A DNA stretch of 64,000 nucleotides, taken from an uncultured archaeon (GTDB lineage: Archaea; Thermoplasmatota; Penumbrarchaeia; JASLWR01). The stretch is from NCBI GenBank assembly GCA_964342815.1, contig CAYFHS010000012.1, positions 56,600 through 120,599 on the forward strand, in the 5' to 3' direction. The notes under the pieces were generated by a model, which did not search any database, was not told where the DNA came from, and worked only from the letters and a program-made list of their open reading frames with translations. Shown here in pieces: positions 1 through 10,201 of this stretch. The number at the start of each line of letters is the position of its first letter. Position 1 is the stretch's first letter. The translations under genes and the position numbers were made by a program.

Positions 1-1
1 G

Positions 2-310
2 CTGCCCTATAGAGAAAAAAAAATCAAGATCGACAGATTACCCAAGGATTTTTGGGGTTCGTTCAAAATCAAAGGGGACGGCGCTCTTATCAAAAAATTC
101 AATAAGGTACATTTTTTCGCAGATGTAAAAAGAAAAAATGATGACTACCTGATCATCAGAGTGGAAGTGGTGATTCCCGCACCGATCTTCGGCCATGGAT
201 CCTTAAAGATATTAACGAGGTGCATCCTTCTTCTGGCAGGATATTTTCAACGTCGAAACATCGAGGTTGAAAGCGTACGTCAGTTGTTCGGACCGACACT
301 GAAGTTGTGA
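2..310 (+). CDS. 3' end of a hypothetical protein, truncated by the window edge
   Basis: Frame 2 is open from the window start to TGA at 308-310 (LPYREKKIKIDRLPKDFWGSF...LFGPTLKL). It is not in the ORF track because it has no start codon in the window. Confidence 0.5.
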   Translation: MPYREKKIKIDRLPKDFWGSFKIKGDGALIKKFNKVHFFADVKRKNDDYLIIRVEVVIPAPIFGHGSLKILTRCILLLAGYFQRRNIEVESVRQLFGPTLKL

Positions 311-418
311 AGTGTTTACAAAGAGTTAAATATTTTGGCAAAGAACGTACAAATAGTCTTAATTATGCTCTATACTTTTCTGTGATACTCATTGGAGTGT
401 ATATGGGGGGTGTAATCT

Positions 419-1057
419 ATGAAAAAAAGACTGTGTATTGGAATATTCCTCACCCTTTTTTTTATATTCCACCCACGCATGGTAATAAGCGAGAATTCAA
501 TAAACTATATTCAGATCAACATAAGCAATTATAATAGATGCGAATCCCGAGCGACTGCGGTTTACATTACCCCTGCCGAGAACACGAGTTATGAATACCA
601 AGCGGATACAGAGAACAAGACCATAGCGAGGATATGGATGAAGATAGTTTGTGAAAAATACAATCCATTGGAGACTGTAACTATAGAACCGGAGGCGGAA
701 ACTGGCGGTTGGGAGCATTCATTGGTTCCGGATACCATAGAGGTCACAGAGAACGGCCAAAGCGAACATCCGTTCGTTCTCATATTGATTGTACCTCCAA
801 TGGAGAAGAACACAACCAAGGAGATTATGTTCAGTGGGTCCTACATAGCTCTTGGAGGAGGAACGTATAAACTACCCGAAACTGGGGCAGAATATACGTT
901 TTTTGTCAATGAGACACTTGATATAAGGGAAGAATCCAAAAACGAGGTGAAAACGAATGGTGGATTTTCCACAGTAGCGGTAATCACGATCATCGGGATC
1001 GCCTTGATACTGGTACTTATATCCATCGAAATCTTCTGGCGCAGGAAGAGGAAATAG
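419..1057 (+). CDS. Secreted or membrane-anchored hypothetical protein, probably with a single Ig-like domain
   Basis: N-terminal hydrophobic signal, C-terminal TM followed by RRKRK, and a G-rich RBS upstream. Confidence 0.75.
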   Translation: MKKRLCIGIFLTLFFIFHPRMVISENSINYIQINISNYNRCESRATAVYITPAENTSYEYQADTENKTIARIWMKIVCEKYNPLETVTIEPEAETGGWEHSLVPDTIEVTENGQSEHPFVLILIVPPMEKNTTKEIMFSGSYIALGGGTYKLPETGAEYTFFVNETLDIREESKNEVKTNGGFSTVAVITIIGIALILVLISIEIFWRRKRK

Positions 1058-1067
1058 TAAACTCAGT

Positions 1068-1868
1068 TCAATCCAATATTTTGTTTACCTGCTCCATCAC
1101 ACTTTGCCTAACGCTCTCAGGAGTAAATACCTCCAGATGACCAGGGACAGACAATATCTTCAAATTATGATTTTTTAGATATTCTATGGCAGGTTCCGTT
1201 TTCTCGGTGAACTCGTTCAATCTCGAACGAATCTTTTCTTCGGTATCATCCGATCGGATTATCACCTCGGTTCCACACATCCTGCAGAATCTGCCATTGG
1301 TGGGTGGTTCGAACTCCAAATGAAAAACCTTTTTGCATTTGGGGCAAATCCTACGGCCCATTAGCCTCTTTATGATGGATTCATCCCTGTTGTACACATG
1401 GATAGCAAAGTCGACGGTGAAGTTCTTTCGGGTTGCAAGCTCCAGAAGGAATTTGGCCTGTCCCGGCGTCCGGGGAAATCCGTCCATCACCTTGCCACGG
1501 TAATTCGACCGTGACAAATAAGCTTTGAATAAAGAGTTCGTAATTCGATCCGGAACGTATTTTCCGCTGTCTACAAAATATTTGGCCTTCAAACCCATGA
1601 GCACTTCTTTCATACGGCCTTTGCAATTCCCCCCGAGCATTTCCACCAGCACTACGACATCCTTGAACCAATCAAGGTCATTATCCCAGAACTGAGCGAG
1701 ATCACCCTTGAAACCGCATTCATTGAATATCCCCATGTAGTACCTGAAGATTTCACCTGTGGATAGCTGCTCCAAACCGAATTCTTCCAGTAGTACGTCG
1801 ATCCGGGATTGTTTTCCTGCACCACTCTTTCCCATGACAAGAACATTCTGAACATCCTCGCGTTTCAT
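1068..1868 (-). CDS. adk: Adenylate kinase, bacterial-type with a Zn-binding LID and an NMP-domain insertion
   Basis: P-loop GKSGAGK, LSTGEIFR, G-K-Y-VPD, DGFPRT, LID GRRICPKC...CRMC, RSDD. Confidence 0.9.
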   Translation of the reverse strand: MKREDVQNVLVMGKSGAGKQSRIDVLLEEFGLEQLSTGEIFRYYMGIFNECGFKGDLAQFWDNDLDWFKDVVVLVEMLGGNCKGRMKEVLMGLKAKYFVDSGKYVPDRITNSLFKAYLSRSNYRGKVMDGFPRTPGQAKFLLELATRKNFTVDFAIHVYNRDESIIKRLMGRRICPKCKKVFHLEFEPPTNGRFCRMCGTEVIIRSDDTEEKIRSRLNEFTEKTEPAIEYLKNHNLKILSVPGHLEVFTPESVRQSVMEQVNKILD

Positions 1869-2017
1869 TGTACCACCTGTGGATTTTATACCTTATCCCT
1901 ATCTGATTAAATTAATTTATCCCAAATCCTCAAAAATCTAAAAATAAATCCACAATGTATATCAATAATTAACAGTTACGTAAGTAGAAAGCAATTATGA
2001 TCACGGGGTCTCGAAAT

Positions 2018-2473
2018 ATGATCAGCGGTGTAGAACTAAAATCCTTGAAGATCAATCTAGATGACAGAGGATATTTGATGGAGATCCTCCGCAATGACGA
2101 ACCCTTTTTCAGCGGTTTCGGCCAATGTTATATTACCAGCTGCTTTCCAGGTATTGTCAAAGCCTGGCATATGCATGAACGCCAGGAAGATAATATCTGT
2201 GCTATCAAGGGAAACATAAAATTGGTCCTCTCTGACCTGAGAAAGAAATCTCCAACATTGGCTGATATTAACGAATTCTTCATTGGCGAACAAAATCCAC
2301 TGCTCATCAAGGTACCACCGGGAGTATACCACGGGTTCACCTCTCTAGGTGGTGAAACGGCGTTTCTTCTGAACATACCCTCGGAACCTTTCAACAGGAA
2401 GAAACCGGATGAGCATCGACTTCCTTATGACACCCGAAAGATCGATTATTCATGGTCAGATATCAATCGTTAA
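2018..2473 (+). CDS. rfbC: dTDP-4-dehydrorhamnose 3,5-epimerase (RmlC) family cupin
   Basis: DDRGYLME, GIVKAWHMH, VPPGVYHGF. ATG 2018 chosen for the upstream GGGGT; ATG 1997 is an alternative. Confidence 0.8.
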   Translation: MISGVELKSLKINLDDRGYLMEILRNDEPFFSGFGQCYITSCFPGIVKAWHMHERQEDNICAIKGNIKLVLSDLRKKSPTLADINEFFIGEQNPLLIKVPPGVYHGFTSLGGETAFLLNIPSEPFNRKKPDEHRLPYDTRKIDYSWSDINR

Positions 2474-2507
2474 CCAGCAGATTTATCATTTACAAAGGAG
2501 ACAATAG

Positions 2508-3671
2508 ATGGGAAGGTCCTCCCGTGGAAAAGAGGCAAGAACACATTACCAGATACTAGGTGTTCAGTTCAATGCCACCAAGGCGGAGATCAAAAAAGCT
2601 TACCGAAGATTGGCGGAGAAATATCATCCAGACCGGACTCGGGACCTACCGGAACACATACGTAAAAAATACGAAAAAGAAATGAAATTGATAAACATGG
2701 CTAAAGACGTTGTTCTAAATCCCACCAGCCGTTCATTTTACAACTACAAACTAGGTTTTTGCGACAGCGTGGAGGTTTTTGAAGAAGAGATCGAGGAAGT
2801 AGAACCCTTGTCAGGTGAAGGTGACCCTGCTGGCTCGCCACACTTTCAAGCCGAGCCAGAAGGCGACATAGAAACGAATGTTTCTATTAGCCCTAATAGA
2901 ATCTATGATTCTATGTCGGGACTCGACTTGTCAGGTAAAGGCGATTCGGATGGTTCCCATTTCATTCCGACGCATCAAGATGCGCCTAAACCCTCGGTTG
3001 GAAAGCCAGCTGGATCACAACACAGGACGGGTAGAGACTTGTCAAATGATAAGGGTAACATAGACGGGATCGATAGGTCATATGTTTCTTTCGGAACCAA
3101 CCCCGAAAGGGAGAACTCTGAAGAAGAATTATCTTCTGAAGATATAGACGAGGATTACGAAATCGCCGCAGAAGTGGTGGAGTTCTTCAGGGAAGAAAAC
3201 GAAGGTTTGGAAGAACCCGAATTGGTTGCCGAAGTGGTAGATATTATCGATGATTCATCCGATTATACCTCACAAGATATGTACCATGAGGATATTGATC
3301 CGATTTCCAACGGTAGTCTGAATGATGAAAAAAATGATTCCAATGAACGGGAGATTACAGAGATCAATAATAATTACGAGGAAGCAAACTTAGAAGACAG
3401 AATTCCTTTCTGGGATGAAGAACCGGTCCGGAAAAGACCAGTTAATGAATTCAAAAAGATCCATCCCCCCCTACCAAAACAAAATAATCCCGATACCGGT
3501 AGCCAGAATTTATTTATCAGAGGAACGGGTTATCACTTGGAGGTACGCCCGGTCAGTCTGTATCAGGACGACAATGTCACAATCGAGGTTACGGCGTCCG
3601 GCCTCAAGTACCGGGACCTGAAGAAGAGAACTCGAAACAGAAAAAAGGGGGATAAAAACCATCACGGATAA
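2508..3671 (+). CDS. J-domain protein (class C-like) with a long acidic low-complexity tail
   Basis: HYQILGV...[16 protein letters not shown]-domain with an intact HPD motif. There is no G/F region or Zn finger. Confidence 0.85.
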   Translation: MGRSSRGKEARTHYQILGVQFNATKAEIKKAYRRLAEKYHPDRTRDLPEHIRKKYEKEMKLINMAKDVVLNPTSRSFYNYKLGFCDSVEVFEEEIEEVEPLSGEGDPAGSPHFQAEPEGDIETNVSISPNRIYDSMSGLDLSGKGDSDGSHFIPTHQDAPKPSVGKPAGSQHRTGRDLSNDKGNIDGIDRSYVSFGTNPERENSEEELSSEDIDEDYEIAAEVVEFFREENEGLEEPELVAEVVDIIDDSSDYTSQDMYHEDIDPISNGSLNDEKNDSNEREITEINNNYEEANLEDRIPFWDEEPVRKRPVNEFKKIHPPLPKQNNPDTGSQNLFIRGTGYHLEVRPVSLYQDDNVTIEVTASGLKYRDLKKRTRNRKKGDKNHHG

Positions 3672-3792
3672 ACGAGTATTTCCCGGTGCAAGCGAACAGA
3701 TGTTCCAAGATTATCGGCAGAGGCGTATATATAAGAAAAATATAGATACTTTATTAAATTTCAGTTCCTAAGGTTTATCGAAGGTGTCCTCG

Positions 3793-6700
3793 ATGTTAGA
3801 GTTTACCAACAGCTCTCTAAAAAAGGCCCTACTCGGGTTTGTCGTAGCCCTGCTATTTCTGATACCAATTATAATAGACGCTGAATCTCCGACATCCGGT
3901 GGAAAATTGCATGTACATATAGAAAACGTACAAGAAAATGACCCAATTTCGAATGTAAATGGCGAACCGACCAGCGGCATTACAGGAACCAGGAGTATAT
4001 TGATCGAGGAGAGTTTCGAGAGCTACGATAATCTGGACAATACCAGCACCACTGCATTATTGTCCGATGGCAAGGCAATGCTATCGAGAACCCCGGCACC
4101 CGATAAAAAGACAACAATAAGCATTGACCTTGACTGGCTTTCGAATCCTGTCCATACTTATCCCTTTCATCCCAACGCCATGACCTATGATCCAATGATT
4201 CCATGTCTGGTTCTATCACTCCAGGGTCCAAAGGTACTGTACCGTGTAAATCTGGACAATGGAGACAAGCTCGATGAGATTCCAACCATAAGCAACAATA
4301 ATAGCGGGATTGCGTACAACGGGGATTATTACTATTACTCTGTGGGTGCTGACTCCGATTCCAGTAAACCTGACGTATATAAATATCAAAAGGGCCAGGA
4401 TAAGACCGCTGAATTTATTTCCAGTAAATCCAGCAAGGATGGATATCCCCTTACAGTGGTGGGCAATTATATTTACAGGGGAAAGGGCTATGAAGACGGA
4501 AGCAAGGATTGGGGGAAAATAAACCAGTTAGAAAAGGTGTCTTTGGCGGAACCAGACAAGGTATTGAGCACCTTCCAGCTGGGATTTACGGGGATGACCG
4601 ATCTCGCTTTCGATGGCAAATACATCTGGGTGCTTGTTAACAGCTCTGATAAAGTCTCTTTATATCAATTTGATACGGATGGGAACAGCATTGGGACCTT
4701 CAAGGACTTTTATACTCCGAGAGCCGGGCTCAAACCATGCGGCCTTGCTTACGTTGATGGTACGGGGGATGAAGAAGATTCCCTGTATGTACTACTATAC
4801 AAGGAGAGGGGCGAACCCGATAACAGCCAATTGTTAAGGGTGAAGATGACAAGTCGTTATCAGTTAGAAGACACGATAATTTCGAAAACCTATGATGATT
4901 TCGAGGAACCATTATATGCAGTAAAATTCGAAGCTGTAACAACGACAACATCCTCAACCACTCTAGAATATTTCTATTCCAAAGAGAATGGAATAAATTG
5001 GGAGGAGGCAAATCTGAACGAATGGATCGATTTCGAAGAACCGGTGAACAAACTTTCCTATAAGATAATATTGGGTACACGAAATCACGAAAAAACTCCT
5101 ACATTATCCAACCTGAAAGTGCTGAAGAACGAGGTAGAAACTCCCGTTGCCAACTCCCCCACACATAATTTTTGGGCCAACACAGCGAACGTGAATTTCA
5201 AATGGACCTTCAATGATCCAAACGAAGGTGACGCACAGGCGGCATTCGAGATTGAATTAGCTGAAAGTGACACGTTCAGCACGATTTACCGGGAACAGAC
5301 CGTAACAAGCTTGGAAAGAAGCCATACTTTCACCGAAAATTTAAAAGACGGATTATTTTACTGGAGAGTTCGAACAAAGGACGATCACAATCAATGGAGC
5401 GCCTTTTCCGACCCATTCCTCGTCAATGTAAATTGGATATCTCCAGTGGGAAGTGTGATCATTAACAATGACAACCTTACCACCGATGACCGGAAAGTAG
5501 AATTGACCCTCGCTGCAGATGGTACCTACCCAGGCGTCATAGAGATGTATATCAGCAATAACCCCGCGGCTCCCAAAGACGGATCAGCATGGGAAATTTA
5601 CGTGACAAGTTTCAACTGGACCTTGGATAAGGAACTTGGTGAGAAAACAGTCCATGTCTGGTACCGTGACGAAAACGATCTGAAAAGTACTGTTGCAAAG
5701 GCCACCATCACTCTAGAAGAAAAAGCCGTCGATGTCGATACGGGAATTCTGGGTTGGGGAAAGATCGGAGCGGATTCAAAGGGGTATGGGGGCGTTGATA
5801 TTTTTTACATCGTTCTCATCTTGGTTTTAATCGTTATCGTAGTAGTAGTGATCTTTGTAATAAAGAACAGAGGTGGAGGAGATTATTACGACGATGACTA
5901 TGACGATGATGATGAAGAGGAGGAAGATGATCTGGATGTTCTGGAACAGATCCGTCGGAAGCGGAAGAAGGAAATGGGTGCGGAAATAAAGGAAGAGAAA
6001 GAGGACGTGATAGAGGAGGAAGAAGAGGAGGAAGAGAAATTCGAGAAAAAAGCCCACGGCCGCTATACCGACCTTTCAACGGAAGACGATTTTTCCATGG
6101 GCACCAGTCGTTACGGTGTTCCAGAAGAAGAAGAAAAAAAAGAAGAAAAGGAACTCAGCGGTCCGTATTCCATGAAATCATTGGAGGACGATTTCTCATT
6201 GGAACCCCAGAGATACGGGGGCCCTCCTTCCTTGGATGATTTCATGAAGAATATCGAGGACATGAGTGAAGAACCTCAAGCAGAAGAGAAAAAGTCCGCA
6301 TCCATGCCCAAGGAAAAAGAAAAGACGCTCTCAAAAGAGGAAGCAAAGAAAGCCAGGGAACAGATAGAAATGCTGAAAAAACGCCGCCTGGACATTCTGG
6401 ATTCATTGAGGTCAACTACAGACAGCCGCAGACAGAAAGCACTTGAGCAGCAAATGGACGATATTCAGCAGCTGATTATTGGATTGAGAAAACATCTTCC
6501 CGCTGACGAAGAAGTGGACGAAGTCACTGAAGAGGAAGCCCCACCCACGGTAGAGGCGGAAAAGATTGAGGTAATGGATGTACCCAGCGATATAAAGGAC
6601 CAGTTGAAAGAGGGAGCGAGACGAGATAAAAAACGCGGGGTTGGCTTTGGATTTCTGGACCAAGAAGTAGCAGACACGGAAGAAAAAACCTCGCAACAAC

Positions 6701-7890
6701 AACCGATATCTCCGGAAGTCCAAGCGAGGTTGGCACAGATACTCCAACAGTTACAGGTACTTCAACAGCAGCAGCTTGCGGTGCAGAACCAGATGCGGCA
6801 AACATCCGAACCCGGACAGCAGAGATTATTGAATCAACAGGTACAGGTGATGGCACAACAACAGCAGGCATTGCAGCAGGAAGCTCAAAGACTTCAACAA
6901 CAGTCACAGCAAAAGTCACCCACGGAGGAAAAGACCGCAATATCACCCGAAGTGGAAGCTAAACTGGCACAGATTCTTCAACAGCTGCAGGTCCTGGCTC
7001 AACAGAAAATGGCAGTACAGAACCAGATGCGGCAGACTGCGGATCCTCAGATGCAGCAGACACTTAACCAGCAGTACCAGACCATAACGCAGCAACAACA
7101 GACATTGCAGCAGCAGGCGCAGTTACTTCAACAACAGGCTGCAGCGCTTCAACCTGAAGCAGCAGCACCACAGCCCGAACCGGCGGTAGCACCTTCGGAC
7201 GTGGAGGCAAAGGCAAGACAGATACTTCAGCAACTTCAGGCACTTGCTCAACAGCAGATAGCGATACAGAATCAGATGCGGCAGACCACAGACCCGGCGC
7301 AAAAACTGACATTGGCTCAGCAGGATCAAGCTTGCAAACAGCAGATGGAAGCTCTGAAAGCACAGGCTGCAGCGCTTCATCAGCAGTCTCAGTACCAACC
7401 ACCGGCTCCTCCCCAGGAAGAGGCGCCGCCACCTGCTCCGACTCCCGAGATGGAGGCAAAGTTGAGACAGATACTAGGACAGCTACAGGCAATTCAGGAG
7501 CAGCAGGCAGTGGTACAAAATCAACTTTCACAGACACAAGACCCGGGACAACAACAGGCTTTAAGTTCACATTATCAGTCACTTCAGCAGCAAGCTATGG
7601 CATTGAAACAGCAAGCGGAAGCAGTACAACAACAGGCAGCGGGAACCCCTGCACCACCAGCCCAAGCACCGGCTCCGCAACCTGCACCACAGAATGCACA
7701 GGCACAATATAACGCCGTGGCCCAACAGTACCAGACCCTGCAGCAGCAGAGTGCCGCCATCCAGCAGCAGCTTCAGCAGGCCAGGGATCCCGGGCAGCAG
7801 CAGGCCCTTATGCAGCAGTATCAGGCCGTACAACAGCAGCTCGGCCCACTGGGCCAGCAGCTTCAACAGCTGCAGGCTGCACAACGATAG
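3793..7890 (+). CDS. Large single-pass membrane protein: extracellular propeller-like and Ig/Fn3-like domains, cytoplasmic acidic region and Gln-rich hairpin repeats
   Basis: Signal peptide; blade-like motifs GIAYNG, DLAFDG, GLAYVDG; YWRVRTKD Fn3-like motif; TM IFYIVLILVLIVIVVVVIFVI. ATG 3793 follows AAGGTG; the ORF-track GTG at 3784 lies inside that RBS. Confidence 0.85.
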   Translation: MLEFTNSSLKKALLGFVVALLFLIPIIIDAESPTSGGKLHVHIENVQENDPISNVNGEPTSGITGTRSILIEESFESYDNLDNTSTTALLSDGKAMLSRTPAPDKKTTISIDLDWLSNPVHTYPFHPNAMTYDPMIPCLVLSLQGPKVLYRVNLDNGDKLDEIPTISNNNSGIAYNGDYYYYSVGADSDSSKPDVYKYQKGQDKTAEFISSKSSKDGYPLTVVGNYIYRGKGYEDGSKDWGKINQLEKVSLAEPDKVLSTFQLGFTGMTDLAFDGKYIWVLVNSSDKVSLYQFDTDGNSIGTFKDFYTPRAGLKPCGLAYVDGTGDEEDSLYVLLYKERGEPDNSQLLRVKMTSRYQLEDTIISKTYDDFEEPLYAVKFEAVTTTTSSTTLEYFYSKENGINWEEANLNEWIDFEEPVNKLSYKIILGTRNHEKTPTLSNLKVLKNEVETPVANSPTHNFWANTANVNFKWTFNDPNEGDAQAAFEIELAESDTFSTIYREQTVTSLERSHTFTENLKDGLFYWRVRTKDDHNQWSAFSDPFLVNVNWISPVGSVIINNDNLTTDDRKVELTLAADGTYPGVIEMYISNNPAAPKDGSAWEIYVTSFNWTLDKELGEKTVHVWYRDENDLKSTVAKATITLEEKAVDVDTGILGWGKIGADSKGYGGVDIFYIVLILVLIVIVVVVIFVIKNRGGGDYYDDDYDDDDEEEEDDLDVLEQIRRKRKKEMGAEIKEEKEDVIEEEEEEEEKFEKKAHGRYTDLSTEDDFSMGTSRYGVPEEEEKKEEKELSGPYSMKSLEDDFSLEPQRYGGPPSLDDFMKNIEDMSEEPQAEEKKSASMPKEKEKTLSKEEAKKAREQIEMLKKRRLDILDSLRSTTDSRRQKALEQQMDDIQQLIIGLRKHLPADEEVDEVTEEEAPPTVEAEKIEVMDVPSDIKDQLKEGARRDKKRGVGFGFLDQEVADTEEKTSQQQPISPEVQARLAQILQQLQVLQQQQLAVQNQMRQTSEPGQQRLLNQQVQVMAQQQQALQQEAQRLQQQSQQKSPTEEKTAISPEVEAKLAQILQQLQVLAQQKMAVQNQMRQTADPQMQQTLNQQYQTITQQQQTLQQQAQLLQQQAAALQPEAAAPQPEPAVAPSDVEAKARQILQQLQALAQQQIAIQNQMRQTTDPAQKLTLAQQDQACKQQMEALKAQAAALHQQSQYQPPAPPQEEAPPPAPTPEMEAKLRQILGQLQAIQEQQAVVQNQLSQTQDPGQQQALSSHYQSLQQQAMALKQQAEAVQQQAAGTPAPPAQAPAPQPAPQNAQAQYNAVAQQYQTLQQQSAAIQQQLQQARDPGQQQALMQQYQAVQQQLGPLGQQLQQLQAAQR
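6706..7887 (+). repeat. Five tandem ~65-85 aa Gln-rich helix-DP-helix repeats (coding)
   Basis: Repeated (S/T)PE(V/M)EAKL.QILQQLQ.L.QQ..A.QNQMRQT.DP.QQ..L.QQ. The DNA core CAGAA(C/T)CAGATGCGGCA recurs three times. Confidence 0.9.
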
Positions 7891-7952
7891 AATGTCCCTT
7901 TCGACCTATTCAATATCGTAGATATTTTCCATATATCACTTGGGGGAATTAA

Positions 7953-8903
7953 ATGAAGGATAATAAAAAGGTCTTCAGAAAGACCGAATCCGGTCTGAAC
8001 TGCCCGAACTGCAGCCAGTTCATGGGCCCGTTCAAAGTTTGCCCATACTGCAGGACAAAGGTAAAGAACCGCCTGGATATCAGGACCTTCAAGGCTATTA
8101 GCGTTGTTGTTGCCGTAGTGGGGATCGCCTTCTTATTGGTCTGGGCCAACATGAAAGATCGGGAAAAGTGGGATATTGAGGATCTGACCAAACGCCAGAA
8201 TTACGCGTACCTAGAATTCAACGGTACCGTGGTGGAAGATTCTCGTTATTATGTTTCATTCGGAGCGGAAGGGGAAAGACTCCCCGGTTCCCTAAGTTTC
8301 CGTTTTGACGATGGAACCGGGATAATGGAGGTAAAAGCATACCAGGAGGTTGCCAAGGACCTTGTCAAAGAAAAGATGATCCCTGTTAGAGGCGACAGCA
8401 TAAAAATTTCCGGCCCCGTCAACTATCGCGGCAACGACATGACGCTGCTGCTGCAGGATTGGACAGCCCTCGAGATCGAGAGACCCGATCCCGATATTAC
8501 CGTAACTATCGCAGACATTTATGAGAATCCGGATGAAGATGCCTTTCCATTTGGAAAGATGATAAAAGTATCCGGTCTTTTAACTGGAGCGGTATTTGTG
8601 GCAGAAGATCTTGAAACGGATTTTGCTGACAAGGTCGGTAATATGAAAATTCTGATAAAGGACGAGAATGACAACACAGCCATTATTCATGTGGCCCAAT
8701 CTCTCTACTCACCATATTATCTCTATAACGAAGAAGTTGGCGCTGGAGAATATAACTTATATGAAGTGGGGACTGAACTCATAACGGTTACCGGTCATCT
8801 CGTCTGGGACAAGTATGCGCCCAACGAGGTTACGGGCGGGAAGGGGAACTGGGTTATTGAACCACAGAGACTGGAAGACGTACATCTGGAGGTGGTTTCA
8901 TAG
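7953..8903 (+). CDS. Zn-ribbon + TM + two extracytoplasmic OB-fold domains
   Basis: CPNC...CPYC, one TM, then OB-like F-DDGTG-MEV...GDSIKISG and a C-terminal W-IEPQRLEDV motif. Confidence 0.8.
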   Translation: MKDNKKVFRKTESGLNCPNCSQFMGPFKVCPYCRTKVKNRLDIRTFKAISVVVAVVGIAFLLVWANMKDREKWDIEDLTKRQNYAYLEFNGTVVEDSRYYVSFGAEGERLPGSLSFRFDDGTGIMEVKAYQEVAKDLVKEKMIPVRGDSIKISGPVNYRGNDMTLLLQDWTALEIERPDPDITVTIADIYENPDEDAFPFGKMIKVSGLLTGAVFVAEDLETDFADKVGNMKILIKDENDNTAIIHVAQSLYSPYYLYNEEVGAGEYNLYEVGTELITVTGHLVWDKYAPNEVTGGKGNWVIEPQRLEDVHLEVVS

Positions 8904-8950
8904 CCGAGAAGATCGAAGAAACCGAGAAAAAGCCAGTTGGGAAGGAAGAA

Positions 8951-10201
8951 GTGCTGGCCGCAGGCAAGAAACAATGTCCCGCTTGCGGTAAATACGTTGA
9001 CAAGGAACGCCGTATCTGCCCCGAGTGTACCGCACATTTCAGCTACCGCATAAAGGAATCTACCCTGGTGAAATTCTCATCTATATTTGTTGTAATAGGC
9101 GTCGTATTCTTTCTGATAGCAGCATATTGGCCAACAGGTATAACCGACGTGGAAGACATGGACCGATATGACAATTTCTCAATCATGACTTTCAAGGGAA
9201 AGGTGGTTGAAGCACCCGACTACGACGTTTATCCTTACCAGGAATACGGTGAGATGAAATTAAATATAAGCGACGAGACAGGTTATTTACAAGTACTATG
9301 CAACAGCGGGGTGACCGAGAGTCTGATAAAGAGCGGAAAGATACCAGCCGTTGGCGACACCGTGGAAGTGACAGGGCGAGTTCTTTTCATTGAGTCCGTG
9401 TCCCCCGGGGCATGGAAAAACATCACTCTTTCAAATCAAGGCCTCAAATTATATCTTAAAGGGGAAGCAGAACTAAAGGGGCGGGAAGATGCGTTCAAAC
9501 GGGTGGAGGTGATGTACGAGGATAACATCAAGATATTTCCCAACAAATACACGAAAAAGTCGATTTCCAATATTGCCGGAAAACCCAAAGAAACCTTTGA
9601 AATTGGCACAAAAGTTGTGGTGAGCGGAAAAGTTGTTTCTGTTTTAACAGATTACCCCACTGCTTATCAGTTCCATATCGGTGACGAAGATAATGCAAAA
9701 AATCTCATGGTATATGTTCCAAAGGGTCTCGTTCAACTATCTGGCATTGAATTAGAATCGGAAGAAGATATCATTTTCAATATAAAACCGGGTTCGGATG
9801 TTACAATAATCGGTGCTTTGATATATTATGACAATAAAGAGATATGGGAATTGGTACCAACATCTGTGGGGACGAAAATCAAAGTGGGTGGAAATCCGTG
9901 TTTCGAAGTTACTCAAGAGGATTCTTCGTTTACATTTACCGTGGACAAAATAATGTCCAACAAGGGATTGTACGAGAATGCACGCGTAGGATTGAATAAT
10001 GTCAAAATAGTAAATAAAAACTATAAATTGTATGTTAAAGACCAGGGTGGTACGGATGAAATTGTTCTTTTCAGCTATGGAAGTTTAGGAGAATATAATA
10101 CAGGTGACATCGTTAACGTCGAAGGGCAATTTATATATTATGAAGGAAAAAAGATATGGGAAATTAAACTAAATGCCGATGATATCAGGGAGGTGGTCTG
10201 A
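8951..10201 (+). CDS. Zn-ribbon + TM + about three OB-fold domains; paralog of the upstream gene
   Basis: CPAC...CPEC, TM, ISDETGYLQV...IPAVGDTVEVTG, and repeated G-x-IYY...IWE(L/I) motifs. GTG start. Confidence 0.8.
   Translation: MLAAGKKQCPACGKYVDKERRICPECTAHFSYRIKESTLVKFSSIFVVIGVVFFLIAAYWPTGITDVEDMDRYDNFSIMTFKGKVVEAPDYDVYPYQEYGEMKLNISDETGYLQVLCNSGVTESLIKSGKIPAVGDTVEVTGRVLFIESVSPGAWKNITLSNQGLKLYLKGEAELKGREDAFKRVEVMYEDNIKIFPNKYTKKSISNIAGKPKETFEIGTKVVVSGKVVSVLTDYPTAYQFHIGDEDNAKNLMVYVPKGLVQLSGIELESEEDIIFNIKPGSDVTIIGALIYYDNKEIWELVPTSVGTKIKVGGNPCFEVTQEDSSFTFTVDKIMSNKGLYENARVGLNNVKIVNKNYKLYVKDQGGTDEIVLFSYGSLGEYNTGDIVNVEGQFIYYEGKKIWEIKLNADDIREVV

Noticed and set aside
1997-2473. Complete dTDP-rhamnose (rml) cluster
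   Set aside because: Only the epimerase-like gene is present; no rmlA/B/D neighbours are in the window.
6412-7884. Several Val/Leu-rich antisense and alternate-frame ORFs (e.g. 6524-6946, 7064-7582, 7332-7712)
   Set aside because: These are shadows of the CAG/CAA-rich repeat coding on the + strand and have no independent motifs.
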